Assembly: GCA_015228815.1 (NCBI GenBank)
Contig: JADGCV010000006.1
Coordinates: 74,495-138,494, forward strand
Length of the DNA stretch: 64,000 nt
Direction of reading: 5' to 3'
From: Magnetococcales bacterium
Lineage (GTDB): Bacteria; Pseudomonadota; Magnetococcia; Magnetococcales; UBA8363
Shown: one piece after another, positions 45,680 to 55,263 of the stretch
Layout of the letters: each line of letters opens with the position of its first letter
Position numbering within the stretch: position 1 is the first letter of the stretch
The notes under the pieces: generated by a model
Database searches by the model: none
What the model was told of the DNA's origin: nothing
The model's input: only the letters and a program-made list of their open reading frames with translations
Program-made: the position numbers and the translations under genes

Positions 45680-48196
45680 GTGAAAAACAGCAACCCCGGG
45701 ATTTCGTTCCACACACCAGAGGAAAGGACGATCCTTTTCCCGGCCCGATCGGGAACACCGTTCGCGTCATGGCTTGTGGGACTGGCGGCGATCATTCTGA
45801 ATTTTTTTCTCGTTTCCGTTTCCTGGGGCGTGAGCCTGGGAGGCATGGAGGTCAAAAGCCACCTGGGTGAACCATTCCAGGGGATGGTCGCCGTCACCCT
45901 GGGAGAAAAAGAACAGGGCATCCCTCTGGAGGTCACCACGGCCCATCCCGACGATTATCAACCCCTGAATCTGGATTACAACGAGCAGGTTGGCAGTGTG
46001 ATCCTGAAAATGGAAGGAAAGGGAAGCCGGCGACTGTTGTCGGTAACGACGAAAGACCCGGTGAACATCCCTTTTTTCAATCTTCTGCTGAAACTGTCCC
46101 TGGGACAGGGAGATCATTTTCGCAATTATCCCGTATTCCTCGAAGTCCGGCCCACCCCTCTTTCCCGAGAATTTCAACCGGACCGGAAGGTCAACCGTCC
46201 GCCATCCCCATCACCGACTGCAATCGAACCAGGGGAATATGGACCCGTCCGGCCCGGGGAGACCCTGATCGGGATCGCCGAAAAATTCACCCCGCCCCAT
46301 CTTACCCGCCATCAGGTTCTGGCCGCTTTTTTTGAACACAACAAATCACTTCTGGTCAATGGCAACATGAATGGCCTTCCGGTCGGGACCGTTCTCAGGG
46401 TGCCGCCCGCCGACGATCAAGGCAAGCTGAATCCGGACCAGGCCAAGGCCCTGGCAGCCAGCCACCGCCAAACCTGGCTTCAGGGCCAGAAAAACGGCAA
46501 TGCCGCCCAGGACAATCGTTCCCGGTCCGAGCCGCCCGCCTCTGAAAAGATTGAGGTACAACCGGTCACGAAAGGGACCGGCCACGACATGCCGGCGCAC
46601 TCCCCCCCGACCCAGGTCGAGCCTACCGCGAAAACCCGGGAAACCCCGACCCCGCATCCCACGACCCAATCTGCCAACGAACCCGTAGCAACGGTGGTCG
46701 ATATGCGCCTGACGTTGTCGCCCTCCGGAAAGGAAGATGCCCTGGCCCTGACGAACCGCCTTGATACGGCGAAGGACCCGGTGTCCCGTCAACCAGAGCC
46801 GGTACCGGCGCCAACCGTGGGAACGGAAGGAGTCACCGCAGTCGCCCTGGAGGCCTTGGAGAAAGAAATCGCGGCCCTTTCGGAACAACTCAAACAAAGC
46901 GAATCCGCCCGAACCACCCTGCAACAACAATTGACTGCCCTCGAAGGGCGCTTCCGGAAACTGGAACAAAACCGGCCCCCTCCGGTTCCCTCGTCGCCCC
47001 CCGAAATGGAGATTCCCTGGGAGTTGGCAGGAAGTGTTGCCGCGGTGGTGGTCATTCTGACCGGTCTTCTGTCGTGGCGCCGTCTTCGAAGCAAGGGAAA
47101 AGGAAACTCCGACCCAGCCCCGCGCCCCCAAGCTCCTCCGGTCCCCCCGAGCCGGGAACGGCACATGACCGATCTTGCCGCCAACAGCGTCATGCCGATG
47201 CATCGGGACCGTCTTTCGTCCCATCGACCGCCGTCATCCGGTTTTCCTCTCGAAGCGCTCATGGAATCGCGCCAGGAATCGGAACCGTCCGCGGTGCTTC
47301 CGGACTCCGGTCATGACCTTGCCGCCGCGGATCCACGGACCCGGGAATCGGCGGCCATTCCGCCAGGAACCCCATTCACCCCATCGCCCCCGGCCACACA
47401 GGAGATTCAGGAACCGCGAAAAGAGGCGATGTCCGCCGCTTCCCGGTCGTCCTTCGTCCCTCTGGCCCTGGGGACGGCGGGTGCCATCGCGGTGACCTCA
47501 TCGCTCATGGGCGCCAGGGAAGAGGATGGCATTCATGAAAATCTCCTGGACCTTGGCGATGCCGACGACGAAAGCGATTCCATTTTCAATCTGGCCGGCA
47601 ATACGGGAAAGACGGAATTGGATACGGTCGGCGTCGAAACCTTGTTGGGGTCGGCCCGGATCGATGCCGATCTGGCAATCGGATCGACCCCGCCGCTCGA
47701 TGGCCAGGTCCCCGGCACGGATCGCGTGGCGCCCCTTATGGAACCATCCCCGGCCAATCCGTTCGCCTTGCCGGAAGGCGATGCCCTGGTAAAACCGCTG
47801 CACGCGCCCGGGGAATCCGCTTTGGAAACGTTGACCTTCGCGTTGGCGATGCCTCCCCCTCCAGAGGCATCCGCGGTGGAGGCGGAAACAGTGTCTCCCC
47901 CGCCAGGGAACGCCATGACCGACATCGAATCCCTGACCTTCGAAGTCCCCGCGATTGCCGAAACGATCACCGATGTCCCCGTGGCCAAATCCCCGGTCAT
48001 CGAAATAGAGACCATTCCCTTCGAGCCGGAAGAAACATCCCGGAAACCGGCAGTCGTCGTCCCACCGCCGACGCAGGACAATGAAACGGAAAAAAAAGGA
48101 CGACCGGGTGCGATAATTGCCATGCCGCAAACAAGGGACGACAATGACACGTTTGACCTTTCTGACCTTGAATTGACCCTGGACGGTGATTCGTGA
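45680..48196 (+). CDS. fimV: FimV-like peptidoglycan-binding/polar scaffold protein (838 aa)
   Basis: GTG start with AAGGAAAGGA upstream. An N-terminal FimV-type domain is present (SHLGEPFQGMVAV...FFNLLLKLS...YPVFLE). A LysM-like segment follows (YGPVRPGETLIGIAEKF). The protein also has a coiled coil, a TM helix and an acidic C-terminus ending DLSDLELTLDGDS. The leuB-asd-fimV order matches what I recall in Pseudomonas. Confidence 0.75.
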   Translation: MKNSNPGISFHTPEERTILFPARSGTPFASWLVGLAAIILNFFLVSVSWGVSLGGMEVKSHLGEPFQGMVAVTLGEKEQGIPLEVTTAHPDDYQPLNLDYNEQVGSVILKMEGKGSRRLLSVTTKDPVNIPFFNLLLKLSLGQGDHFRNYPVFLEVRPTPLSREFQPDRKVNRPPSPSPTAIEPGEYGPVRPGETLIGIAEKFTPPHLTRHQVLAAFFEHNKSLLVNGNMNGLPVGTVLRVPPADDQGKLNPDQAKALAASHRQTWLQGQKNGNAAQDNRSRSEPPASEKIEVQPVTKGTGHDMPAHSPPTQVEPTAKTRETPTPHPTTQSANEPVATVVDMRLTLSPSGKEDALALTNRLDTAKDPVSRQPEPVPAPTVGTEGVTAVALEALEKEIAALSEQLKQSESARTTLQQQLTALEGRFRKLEQNRPPPVPSSPPEMEIPWELAGSVAAVVVILTGLLSWRRLRSKGKGNSDPAPRPQAPPVPPSRERHMTDLAANSVMPMHRDRLSSHRPPSSGFPLEALMESRQESEPSAVLPDSGHDLAAADPRTRESAAIPPGTPFTPSPPATQEIQEPRKEAMSAASRSSFVPLALGTAGAIAVTSSLMGAREEDGIHENLLDLGDADDESDSIFNLAGNTGKTELDTVGVETLLGSARIDADLAIGSTPPLDGQVPGTDRVAPLMEPSPANPFALPEGDALVKPLHAPGESALETLTFALAMPPPPEASAVEAETVSPPPGNAMTDIESLTFEVPAIAETITDVPVAKSPVIEIETIPFEPEETSRKPAVVVPPPTQDNETEKKGRPGAIIAMPQTRDDNDTFDLSDLELTLDGDS

Positions 48197-48218
48197 ACAC
48201 AAGGGAGGGATAAGAATC

Positions 48219-49199
48219 GTGATCGGAAAATGGACGATGCTGTTCTTTTGTTTCCTGGGGTGGTCATGGCACGGTAGCGCCATGGCCGACGATGCAGTCT
48301 CCTTTGGACAGGTTGAAGTCGGCAGCGCCATGGGCGAACCTTTGCATGTCCGCATTCCTTTCCAGGGGTTGGGTTCGTCCACTCTGGAAACAACAGAAGC
48401 GCTTTGGGGAGTGCCGACCAATTATGCCCATCAGGGAGGCCCCGTTCTGAAAACATCAATACGCCAGGAGAATGACAAGAATATTCTGCTGATCGACAGC
48501 GACCGCGGCATGACGATTCCCTTTTTCACCCTCATGATCCGCATGGTGACCGCCGATCGGGTCATCATCCAGAATCTGCCGGTATTTTTGGGAGAGATGG
48601 CCCAGGCATCCGCCGCGAAGGATGGGATACCGTCGGAACACGATCCCATCCAGACCGATGGATCCGCGGCCTCGACCGGATCCACCCGGGACACGACGCG
48701 GGAAATGCCGGTCCAGGGATGGTCTCGGGCATGGATTTGGGGACTGTCCGCCCTGGTATTGTCGGGTGGTCTTTTGCTCCTGCCAAGGTTCAGAAGGACA
48801 CCGACCCGAAGCGGTCTTTCCCGTGGCGGCGCACGCAATCGTCCCATGGCAGTCCCACTTTCCACGCCACGGGAAACGATGGCGACGGACCGCGACACCG
48901 CGCCAGCGTTCGAAGAGACGAAAAAGGAGAAAAACGAGCCGGAAATTGTCCTTCCTTCTCAGACAACGGTTCCCGACCCGCGGGAAGAGACCGTTGGCGC
49001 CACCACAAAACCCTCCGATCCGGAGACATCCCCATCCTCCCGGTCACCACGATCGGGCCATGTCGAAGCGATGTCACCGGCGGACCGGAGCAAAGGGGTG
49101 AAAATCAGTTCGATGATCCGAGGAAAATCGCCATTGTCGGGGAAAAATCCCCATTCAATCGAGAGGCGTAACAGGAAGAAATCACCACCGGTTGGTTGA
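48219..49199 (+). CDS. Second FimV N-terminal-domain protein (paralogue), with signal peptide and TM helix
   Basis: GQVEVGSAMGEPLHVRIPF...IPFFTLMIRMV...NLPVFLGE parallels the N-domain of the upstream gene. The preferred GTG at 48219 has GGGAGGG 9 nt upstream. The ORF-track start is 48186. Confidence 0.6.
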   Translation: MIGKWTMLFFCFLGWSWHGSAMADDAVSFGQVEVGSAMGEPLHVRIPFQGLGSSTLETTEALWGVPTNYAHQGGPVLKTSIRQENDKNILLIDSDRGMTIPFFTLMIRMVTADRVIIQNLPVFLGEMAQASAAKDGIPSEHDPIQTDGSAASTGSTRDTTREMPVQGWSRAWIWGLSALVLSGGLLLLPRFRRTPTRSGLSRGGARNRPMAVPLSTPRETMATDRDTAPAFEETKKEKNEPEIVLPSQTTVPDPREETVGATTKPSDPETSPSSRSPRSGHVEAMSPADRSKGVKISSMIRGKSPLSGKNPHSIERRNRKKSPPVG

Positions 49200-49353
49200 G
49201 TGAATCCATGAAACCGCAACCATCTTGGGATGCGTCGTTTTCGTCATTCCCACAGTGGTTGACCGAAAGCGGCCCCCCTGGACTCGAAGCGGATCGTTCA
49301 GAACGGATACGGCAAGATCACCGCCGTCATCCACCGTTCCCAAGGCGAACCCC

Positions 49354-50460
49354 ATGACCGACGTCGCCCAGCCTCATGATCATCTGTTGAAAGCCATCCT
49401 CGCCGATGCCGAAACGGCGGGAACCCTGCTGCGTGAGCGGCTGCCTGCCGAGGTGGCGGTTTTGCTTGCCCCCGATCCGCCGGAACTGGTGGAAGGCAGC
49501 TTCATCGACGACGCGCTGCGGGAGCACCGAACCGACCGTCTCTATCGGGCACGGCTCAAGGACGGCGGGGATGCCTTCATCTACACCCTGCTGGAGCACA
49601 AGAGCCGACCGGACCGCAAGGCCGGCTGGCAGTTGCACCGCTACATGACCCGCGTCCTGGAGCAATGGGAACGGGAACACCCGGACTGGGAACATCTGCC
49701 ACCCGTCATCGGCATGGTCCTCTATCACGGCGCCGCCCCCTGGCGGGTTCCGGACGAGTTCCGTTCCCTGATGGCAGGATGCGAGGCCTTGCACCCCTAC
49801 CTGCCCAATTTTCGTTTCGTGGTAGTGGACCTGGGTCGGATCGACAACGAAGCCTTGTCCGGCAATCCCCGCCTGCGGGCCGGACTGCTGACCCTGAAAT
49901 TCGTCTTTCGCAAGGGGGAACAACGAGGTATCATAAGGATGGTCGGGTTGTCGTTGCGGAAGGCCCCCGATCTGCTGCACCAAATCGTCCTGTATATGGT
50001 CTCGACCTACAATGGCATCGACGAGGCGGCAATCCGGGAACTGGTCCGGACAGCCCGCCCAAAGGAGGAAGCGATGATGGTTTCCAAGTTCGCGAGGGAT
50101 ATACTCTCGGACCATCCCCCCGCCTGGGTGGTGGATATGGTGCGACAGGAAGCGAGGATGATGACTCCGTTCGCGCAGAAGATCCTTGCAGAAAATCCCC
50201 CCGACTGGACGGTGGATATAGTGCGACAGGAAGGTCGGCAGGAAGGTCGGCAGGAAGGTCGGCAGGAAGGTCGGCAGGAAGGTCGGCAGTCCGAGGCAGT
50301 GACCATTCTGGTTCGCCTGCTCCGTCGCCGCTTCGGGCAACTTCCGGACTGGGTATCCGCCCAGGTCAACGCAGCAAAGACGGAACTCCTTGAAATCTGG
50401 TCGGATCGTATCCTGGACGCCCAATCCCTGGAAGAAGTTTTCCACGTTTCGGAAAAATAG
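49354..50460 (+). CDS. Rpn-family recombination-promoting nuclease / putative transposase (YhgA-like PD-(D/E)xK) with a DUF4351-like C-terminus
   Basis: MTDVAQPHDHLLKAIL...DRLYRARLKDGGDAFIYTLLEHKS...VLYHG is the Rpn/Transposase_31 core. The C-terminus has duplicated 24-aa units, an (RQEG)x5 run and LVRLLRRRFGQLPDWV. Confidence 0.8.
   Translation: MTDVAQPHDHLLKAILADAETAGTLLRERLPAEVAVLLAPDPPELVEGSFIDDALREHRTDRLYRARLKDGGDAFIYTLLEHKSRPDRKAGWQLHRYMTRVLEQWEREHPDWEHLPPVIGMVLYHGAAPWRVPDEFRSLMAGCEALHPYLPNFRFVVVDLGRIDNEALSGNPRLRAGLLTLKFVFRKGEQRGIIRMVGLSLRKAPDLLHQIVLYMVSTYNGIDEAAIRELVRTARPKEEAMMVSKFARDILSDHPPAWVVDMVRQEARMMTPFAQKILAENPPDWTVDIVRQEGRQEGRQEGRQEGRQEGRQSEAVTILVRLLRRRFGQLPDWVSAQVNAAKTELLEIWSDRILDAQSLEEVFHVSEK
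50227..50289 (+). repeat. Perfect 12-nt tandem repeat (caggaaggtcgg) x5 inside the Rpn gene
   Basis: Five identical consecutive units encode QEGR x5. Confidence 0.95.
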
Positions 50461-50648
50461 AAAAAAACAGACACCAAACCGCAACCAGCCTGGGATACGC
50501 AGTTTTCAAATGCCATTCCCGCCTTCGCTTGAGATGACGTTTGGCAATGACGCATCGCAGGATGGTTGCGATTCAAGAAGACCCGGAACGGCGACTTTCA
50601 TCCCCCGGTCCTTGCGAAAATGTTGGACCATCGCCACCGGAATTGACC

Positions 50649-51782
50649 ATGCATCAAGAAAAGAAAAACAAAAAACCAAAGCTTCTCGTTTTGGCGCACC
50701 TTCCGCCGCCAGTCCACGGGGTCACGGTCATGAGCCGATCGGTCGTCGATTCACGACTGATCCGCGACCACTTCGATCTGGTGGTCCTGCCGATTCAATT
50801 CACTGCCAATCTTCACGAGGTGGGACGCAATCATTGGGCAAAAATGATCCGGCTGCTGGGATTCACCCTTCGCCTGCTCTATCTGGGGCTGATCCACCGG
50901 CCCGAGCTGGTTTATTTTACCCTGGTACCGATCGGAATGCCGTTCTACCGTGATTTCATGCTCCTTTCCCTGATCAAGGCCATGGGATTGCGTGCGGTTC
51001 TGCACCTTCACGGCATCGGGGTCAAGGAATCCGCGCGACGCCGAATCAACCGTGTTCTCCATCGCCGCACCTTCTCCGGCGTTGAAATCATTCACCTGTC
51101 CCCCCTGCTCCATGAGGACATCGCCGCCTACATTCCCCGGGAACGATGTCATTTTCTCGCCAACGGCATCCCTTCACCTCCCGCCATGGGCGATACATTG
51201 CCGCCCCCCCTGGAAAAAAGAGAGAACTCCGTCCGGTTTCTTTTTCTTTCCAATATTACCGAAGAGAAAGGGCCGCTTGATTTCGTCCGCGCCCTGGGAA
51301 TACTTCGGGATCGGGGACGATCGTTTCATGCGACCATCGCCGGAGCGGTTATTTCCCATGACTGCCTGAATCGTCTGGAACGACTGATCGGGGAATTGCA
51401 TCTGGAAAATCGAGTCGTGTATGTCGGGCCAAAGTATGACCAGGAAAAAGCGGCGCTTTTCTTCCGGTCCGATATTTTCGTCCTGCCGACCCATCGGGAA
51501 AGTTTTCCCCTGGTCCTCCTGGAGGCGATGTCCCATGGCCTGCCGACGATCGCGCCGGTGGAGGGGGCCATCCCCGCCATCATCGAGGATGGAGTGACCG
51601 GCATTCTATATCAGAAGAAAGATGTGGAAAACCTTGCCCAGGCCATGGAATCATTGGAGATGAACCATGATCTGCGCCACAGTATGGGAAAGGCGGGAAA
51701 AAAACGTTTTCAAGAACATTTCACCCTCGAAGTTTTCGAGGCGCGACTGGAACGGATCCTTTCCACCTGCCTGCAACGATAA
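50649..51782 (+). CDS. Glycosyltransferase, GT4/group 1 type
   Basis: KLLVLAHLPPPVHGVTVMS forms the N-terminal half. The C-terminal half shows FVLPTHRESFPLVLLEAMSHGLPTIAP...IIEDGVTG (EX7E-type motif). Start is at MHQEKK. Confidence 0.8.
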   Translation: MHQEKKNKKPKLLVLAHLPPPVHGVTVMSRSVVDSRLIRDHFDLVVLPIQFTANLHEVGRNHWAKMIRLLGFTLRLLYLGLIHRPELVYFTLVPIGMPFYRDFMLLSLIKAMGLRAVLHLHGIGVKESARRRINRVLHRRTFSGVEIIHLSPLLHEDIAAYIPRERCHFLANGIPSPPAMGDTLPPPLEKRENSVRFLFLSNITEEKGPLDFVRALGILRDRGRSFHATIAGAVISHDCLNRLERLIGELHLENRVVYVGPKYDQEKAALFFRSDIFVLPTHRESFPLVLLEAMSHGLPTIAPVEGAIPAIIEDGVTGILYQKKDVENLAQAMESLEMNHDLRHSMGKAGKKRFQEHFTLEVFEARLERILSTCLQR

Positions 51783-51794
51783 CCCCGTCATTTC

Positions 51795-54700
51795 ATGGCG
51801 CCGCCAGTGTACGCACACGCGAAACGGACATGTTTCATCACTCCCGGTCATGTCGTCCGCCTGATTCTGGGTGTGTTTTTTCTGTTTGTGGTCCTTCCCG
51901 TCCAGGGAGAACCCCCTCCGCCCGCGCCGCGGGCGATCTGGGAGGTCGAACCCTTGACTGCCGAAGCGATCGCCACGGTGCGCGGTCGGACGGAACAGGA
52001 ACTTTCGGCATTGCCCGCCGATGCCAAGGAATCCAGTACCGAGGGGGCGATGCGGGCGGTCTTGAAGGCCCGGCTGGAACTGTTGACGGAACTCGATGAC
52101 ACCCTCAAAAGTCGTCTCCATCTGCAACATGCAGCCCCGATATTGCTCCAGTCGGAGGGGGAGATCGGCAATGCCCTGTCCCGGATCAAAAAACTGTCCG
52201 AGCCACTTCCGCCGGAAAATCCAACGAATGATGTTTTCGAAACCTTCCGTGAAAAACTGACCACATCCTCGATCAAACTCGAAGAACTCAGAAAAGACAT
52301 GCAGGAACGGGCGGAAATCATGCAGGGATTGAGCGCCCGGGCCACCAGTGTCCGCGAACGCCAGCGCGAAGCCCAACGGAATGAGGAAAAATTCCGTACC
52401 CTGTTGTCCGGAGCCACCGTCACCGACAACCGCTCGCTGGTCATGGCGCGGGTGGACAATGAAAAATTGTCGCAACGGGTCGCGTTGGAGATACTCAAGG
52501 AACTGGAAGCGGAACAGGAGTTCGAAAAGCAGACGGTGGGCGTTCGCGACCGGCGCCTGGAACTGGCGCAACTGGAATTCGACCGGGTGCAACAGGAAGT
52601 GTCGCTGTATCAGGGGGCCCTGAACCGGATCCAGAACCAGACCCTGAAGGCCCAAGAGGCGGAAATCAACCTCAAGGAATCGGCCATCGAAAACGCCACC
52701 AGCGGGGATGCCTTGTTTCTGGCAACCTGGGAGGCCAGTGCCGCCCGGGTCCGACGCAACGTGACAGGCAATACCGCCCTGCTCAACGAAATCCGTTCCA
52801 CCATTACCGAACAGGAAGACCGGTTGAAGACGGAACGGGAGGAGTTGAAAAATTTGCGCAGCCTTGCGGGTCAGGGATCGGGATTGAACGAACTCTCCTC
52901 GGCGATCTTCAAGGAGGCCTATCTGCGCATCGGTTCCAGCCGCAAGGAAATCAAGGCCCTGGATCAGGGAGATTTGGAGCGGCGAATCGGCGAGGCGATG
53001 GAACGGCAATCGGCGATCATCGCCCAACTTCCAGGATTGCGCAGTCAATGGCGCACGGAAATGCAGGCGGCCTCGATGGGGATGCCCGAACACAGACTCA
53101 AATCGTTCATGGACAAGGCGGAAAAGGTATTCAACGCCTATCGGGAAATCTTGGCGGAGGAAAAGAAAGTACTTCTTGAAATCAACCTTCATGGACAGAG
53201 GATGCGCCTTCTCCCGGTGGAACGTCGGGAGGTGCTGGCGGAACTGGAAACCTTCGTTCTGTCGCGAATTTTCTGGGTTCAGGACGACATACCGGTCGGT
53301 CTGACCATGATCAAGCAACTGGTGAACGAACTTTTTTCTCTGGAACGCCCGTATTCATTGATCAACTGGTGGTTGAGCGTCCTGTCGCGGGACACACTGG
53401 AAACGCTTGTCCGCTTTGTACGCAGCGGTCGGATGGCGCTTCTGGGAGGATTGCTGCTGTTTGGTCTGCCCCTGGTTCTTTTCTGGATCAACCACCGCAT
53501 GCGACATGTTTCCGCTGCCCGAAGCGGAGCGGAATTTTCCGCGGATCGCGAAGGATTGGGAAGGGACCAGTGGTTTCGTTTTTTTGCATCATGGTTAAGC
53601 CCGTTCTATGTCCTCGCGCTCGCCTGGGGCATCGATTCGATGGGCTTTCCCGCGGCGCTGGGAACGGTGGGGGCACGGTTCATGATTCACACGGGGCTGT
53701 TTCTGCTGCTCTGGCGCATCAACGTCTTTCTGTTGCGGACTCCTGGAATTCTGTCTTTCTCCATGGGATGTCCGGTGGAGATCTGCCACGACCTCTATCG
53801 CGCCATCCGCCTTGTTCTCCTGGCCTATCTGGTATGCCTTCTCCCCTGGATGATTTTCGACGATTGGCCGTTTCATTTTGAAATACTCCCCCGCCTGGGC
53901 CTGACCCTGTTCGAACTGGCGGTCATGGCCGCCATCTATCGGCTGATCCGCCTGCGATCCAATCTGGTGCAAAAGTTTCTGAGCCTGGGAGACAGGACCG
54001 GTTTTCTGGGACGCAACTGGAATCTGATCCTGTTGCCCGCCCTGATGTTCATGGTGTTGATCATCATCATGGACCTGGCGGGCTATCGCTTTGGCGCCCG
54101 CTATCTGGCGACCAATGGCCTGTTGAGTTTCATCACCATCATCGCCATGACCGGAATCTACCGTTTTCTGGCGGTGGCCTCGGAAAAAATGATCCAACAC
54201 TGGGTCCGGGAGCCCGTCGCCACCGATCCGCCGCCACCGGGTCAGGCCAAATCCGATCACAGGGCGCGACAGATCCAGGGACCGTTGAGTTGGATCGTCT
54301 TTCTGACGGGGACTTTGGCCCTGGCCGATTATTGGGGCATCAACGAAAGCGTGCTGCACTCGTTGAGCGACATCACCCTCTACAGCGTCACCAGCGCCGA
54401 TGGCCAGATCCAATTTGTCAGCCTTGCCGATTGGATCTGGTTTGTCTTCAGCCTGTTTCTGGTCTTCTGGGCCGCCCGTCGCCTGCCCCATCTGTTTCAG
54501 TGGTTTTTCTTTTCGCGCATGGATGCGGATGCCGGCATGCGCTACGCGATCATCACGATGACACGATACCTGGTCGTTCTGACCGGTATTTTCATCGCTT
54601 TTTCATTCCTGAAACTCGATCTGGCCAAGATTGGCTGGCTGGCGGCGGCCATTTCGGTGGGACTGGGTTTTGGGCTTCAGGAAATCGTGGCCAATTTTGT

Positions 54701-55250
54701 GAGCGGCATCATCCTGCTGGTGGAACGACCGATCCGGGTCGGAGATCTGATCACCGTGGGGACGATGACCGGAACCATCACCCGCATCAACATTCGCGCC
54801 ACCACCCTGCGCAACGTCGATCAACAGGAAATTCTCATTCCGAACCGGCAATTGATCACCCAGGAGGTCACCAACTGGACCCTGGGCGACACTCGTGTCC
54901 GCCTGGTGGTCGCCATCGGGGTCGCCTATGGATCCGATGTCGATCGGGTTGGCGCCCTGTTAATGGAACTGGCGTGCGACCAGGCGGAGGTTCTTCCTGA
55001 CCCCGCGCCCGAGGTCTACTTCATGAATCATGGCCCCAGTTCCCTGGACTTTGAACTGCGGGTCTACCTGAGCCATCCCAAACTGACCCTGCCGATGCGT
55101 GACCGGTTGAACAAGCTGATCAACAAACGTTTCCAACAGGAAAAGATCGACATCCCCTTTCCCCAGACTGACATTCATATCCGCTCCGGTCTGGAAAACA
55201 AAATAGTTCCCACCGCATCACCACCCGAAGTGGTTGAAGCCACGCTCTGA
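51795..55250 (+). CDS. Large mechanosensitive channel of the MscK/KefA (MscS superfamily) type
   Basis: The 1151-aa protein has a signal/TM segment, then a ~450-aa coiled-coil periplasmic region and multiple TM helices. The MscS core reads GFGLQEIVANFVSGIILLVERPIRVGDLITVG...GTITRINIRATTL. Confidence 0.85.
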   Translation: MAPPVYAHAKRTCFITPGHVVRLILGVFFLFVVLPVQGEPPPPAPRAIWEVEPLTAEAIATVRGRTEQELSALPADAKESSTEGAMRAVLKARLELLTELDDTLKSRLHLQHAAPILLQSEGEIGNALSRIKKLSEPLPPENPTNDVFETFREKLTTSSIKLEELRKDMQERAEIMQGLSARATSVRERQREAQRNEEKFRTLLSGATVTDNRSLVMARVDNEKLSQRVALEILKELEAEQEFEKQTVGVRDRRLELAQLEFDRVQQEVSLYQGALNRIQNQTLKAQEAEINLKESAIENATSGDALFLATWEASAARVRRNVTGNTALLNEIRSTITEQEDRLKTEREELKNLRSLAGQGSGLNELSSAIFKEAYLRIGSSRKEIKALDQGDLERRIGEAMERQSAIIAQLPGLRSQWRTEMQAASMGMPEHRLKSFMDKAEKVFNAYREILAEEKKVLLEINLHGQRMRLLPVERREVLAELETFVLSRIFWVQDDIPVGLTMIKQLVNELFSLERPYSLINWWLSVLSRDTLETLVRFVRSGRMALLGGLLLFGLPLVLFWINHRMRHVSAARSGAEFSADREGLGRDQWFRFFASWLSPFYVLALAWGIDSMGFPAALGTVGARFMIHTGLFLLLWRINVFLLRTPGILSFSMGCPVEICHDLYRAIRLVLLAYLVCLLPWMIFDDWPFHFEILPRLGLTLFELAVMAAIYRLIRLRSNLVQKFLSLGDRTGFLGRNWNLILLPALMFMVLIIIMDLAGYRFGARYLATNGLLSFITIIAMTGIYRFLAVASEKMIQHWVREPVATDPPPPGQAKSDHRARQIQGPLSWIVFLTGTLALADYWGINESVLHSLSDITLYSVTSADGQIQFVSLADWIWFVFSLFLVFWAARRLPHLFQWFFFSRMDADAGMRYAIITMTRYLVVLTGIFIAFSFLKLDLAKIGWLAAAISVGLGFGLQEIVANFVSGIILLVERPIRVGDLITVGTMTGTITRINIRATTLRNVDQQEILIPNRQLITQEVTNWTLGDTRVRLVVAIGVAYGSDVDRVGALLMELACDQAEVLPDPAPEVYFMNHGPSSLDFELRVYLSHPKLTLPMRDRLNKLINKRFQQEKIDIPFPQTDIHIRSGLENKIVPTASPPEVVEATL

Positions 55251-55263
55251 TCGCATCATTTTC

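Noticed and set aside
51651-53318. 555-aa minus-strand ORF
   Set aside because: It is antisense to the coiled-coil region of the MscK-like channel gene and has no independent support.
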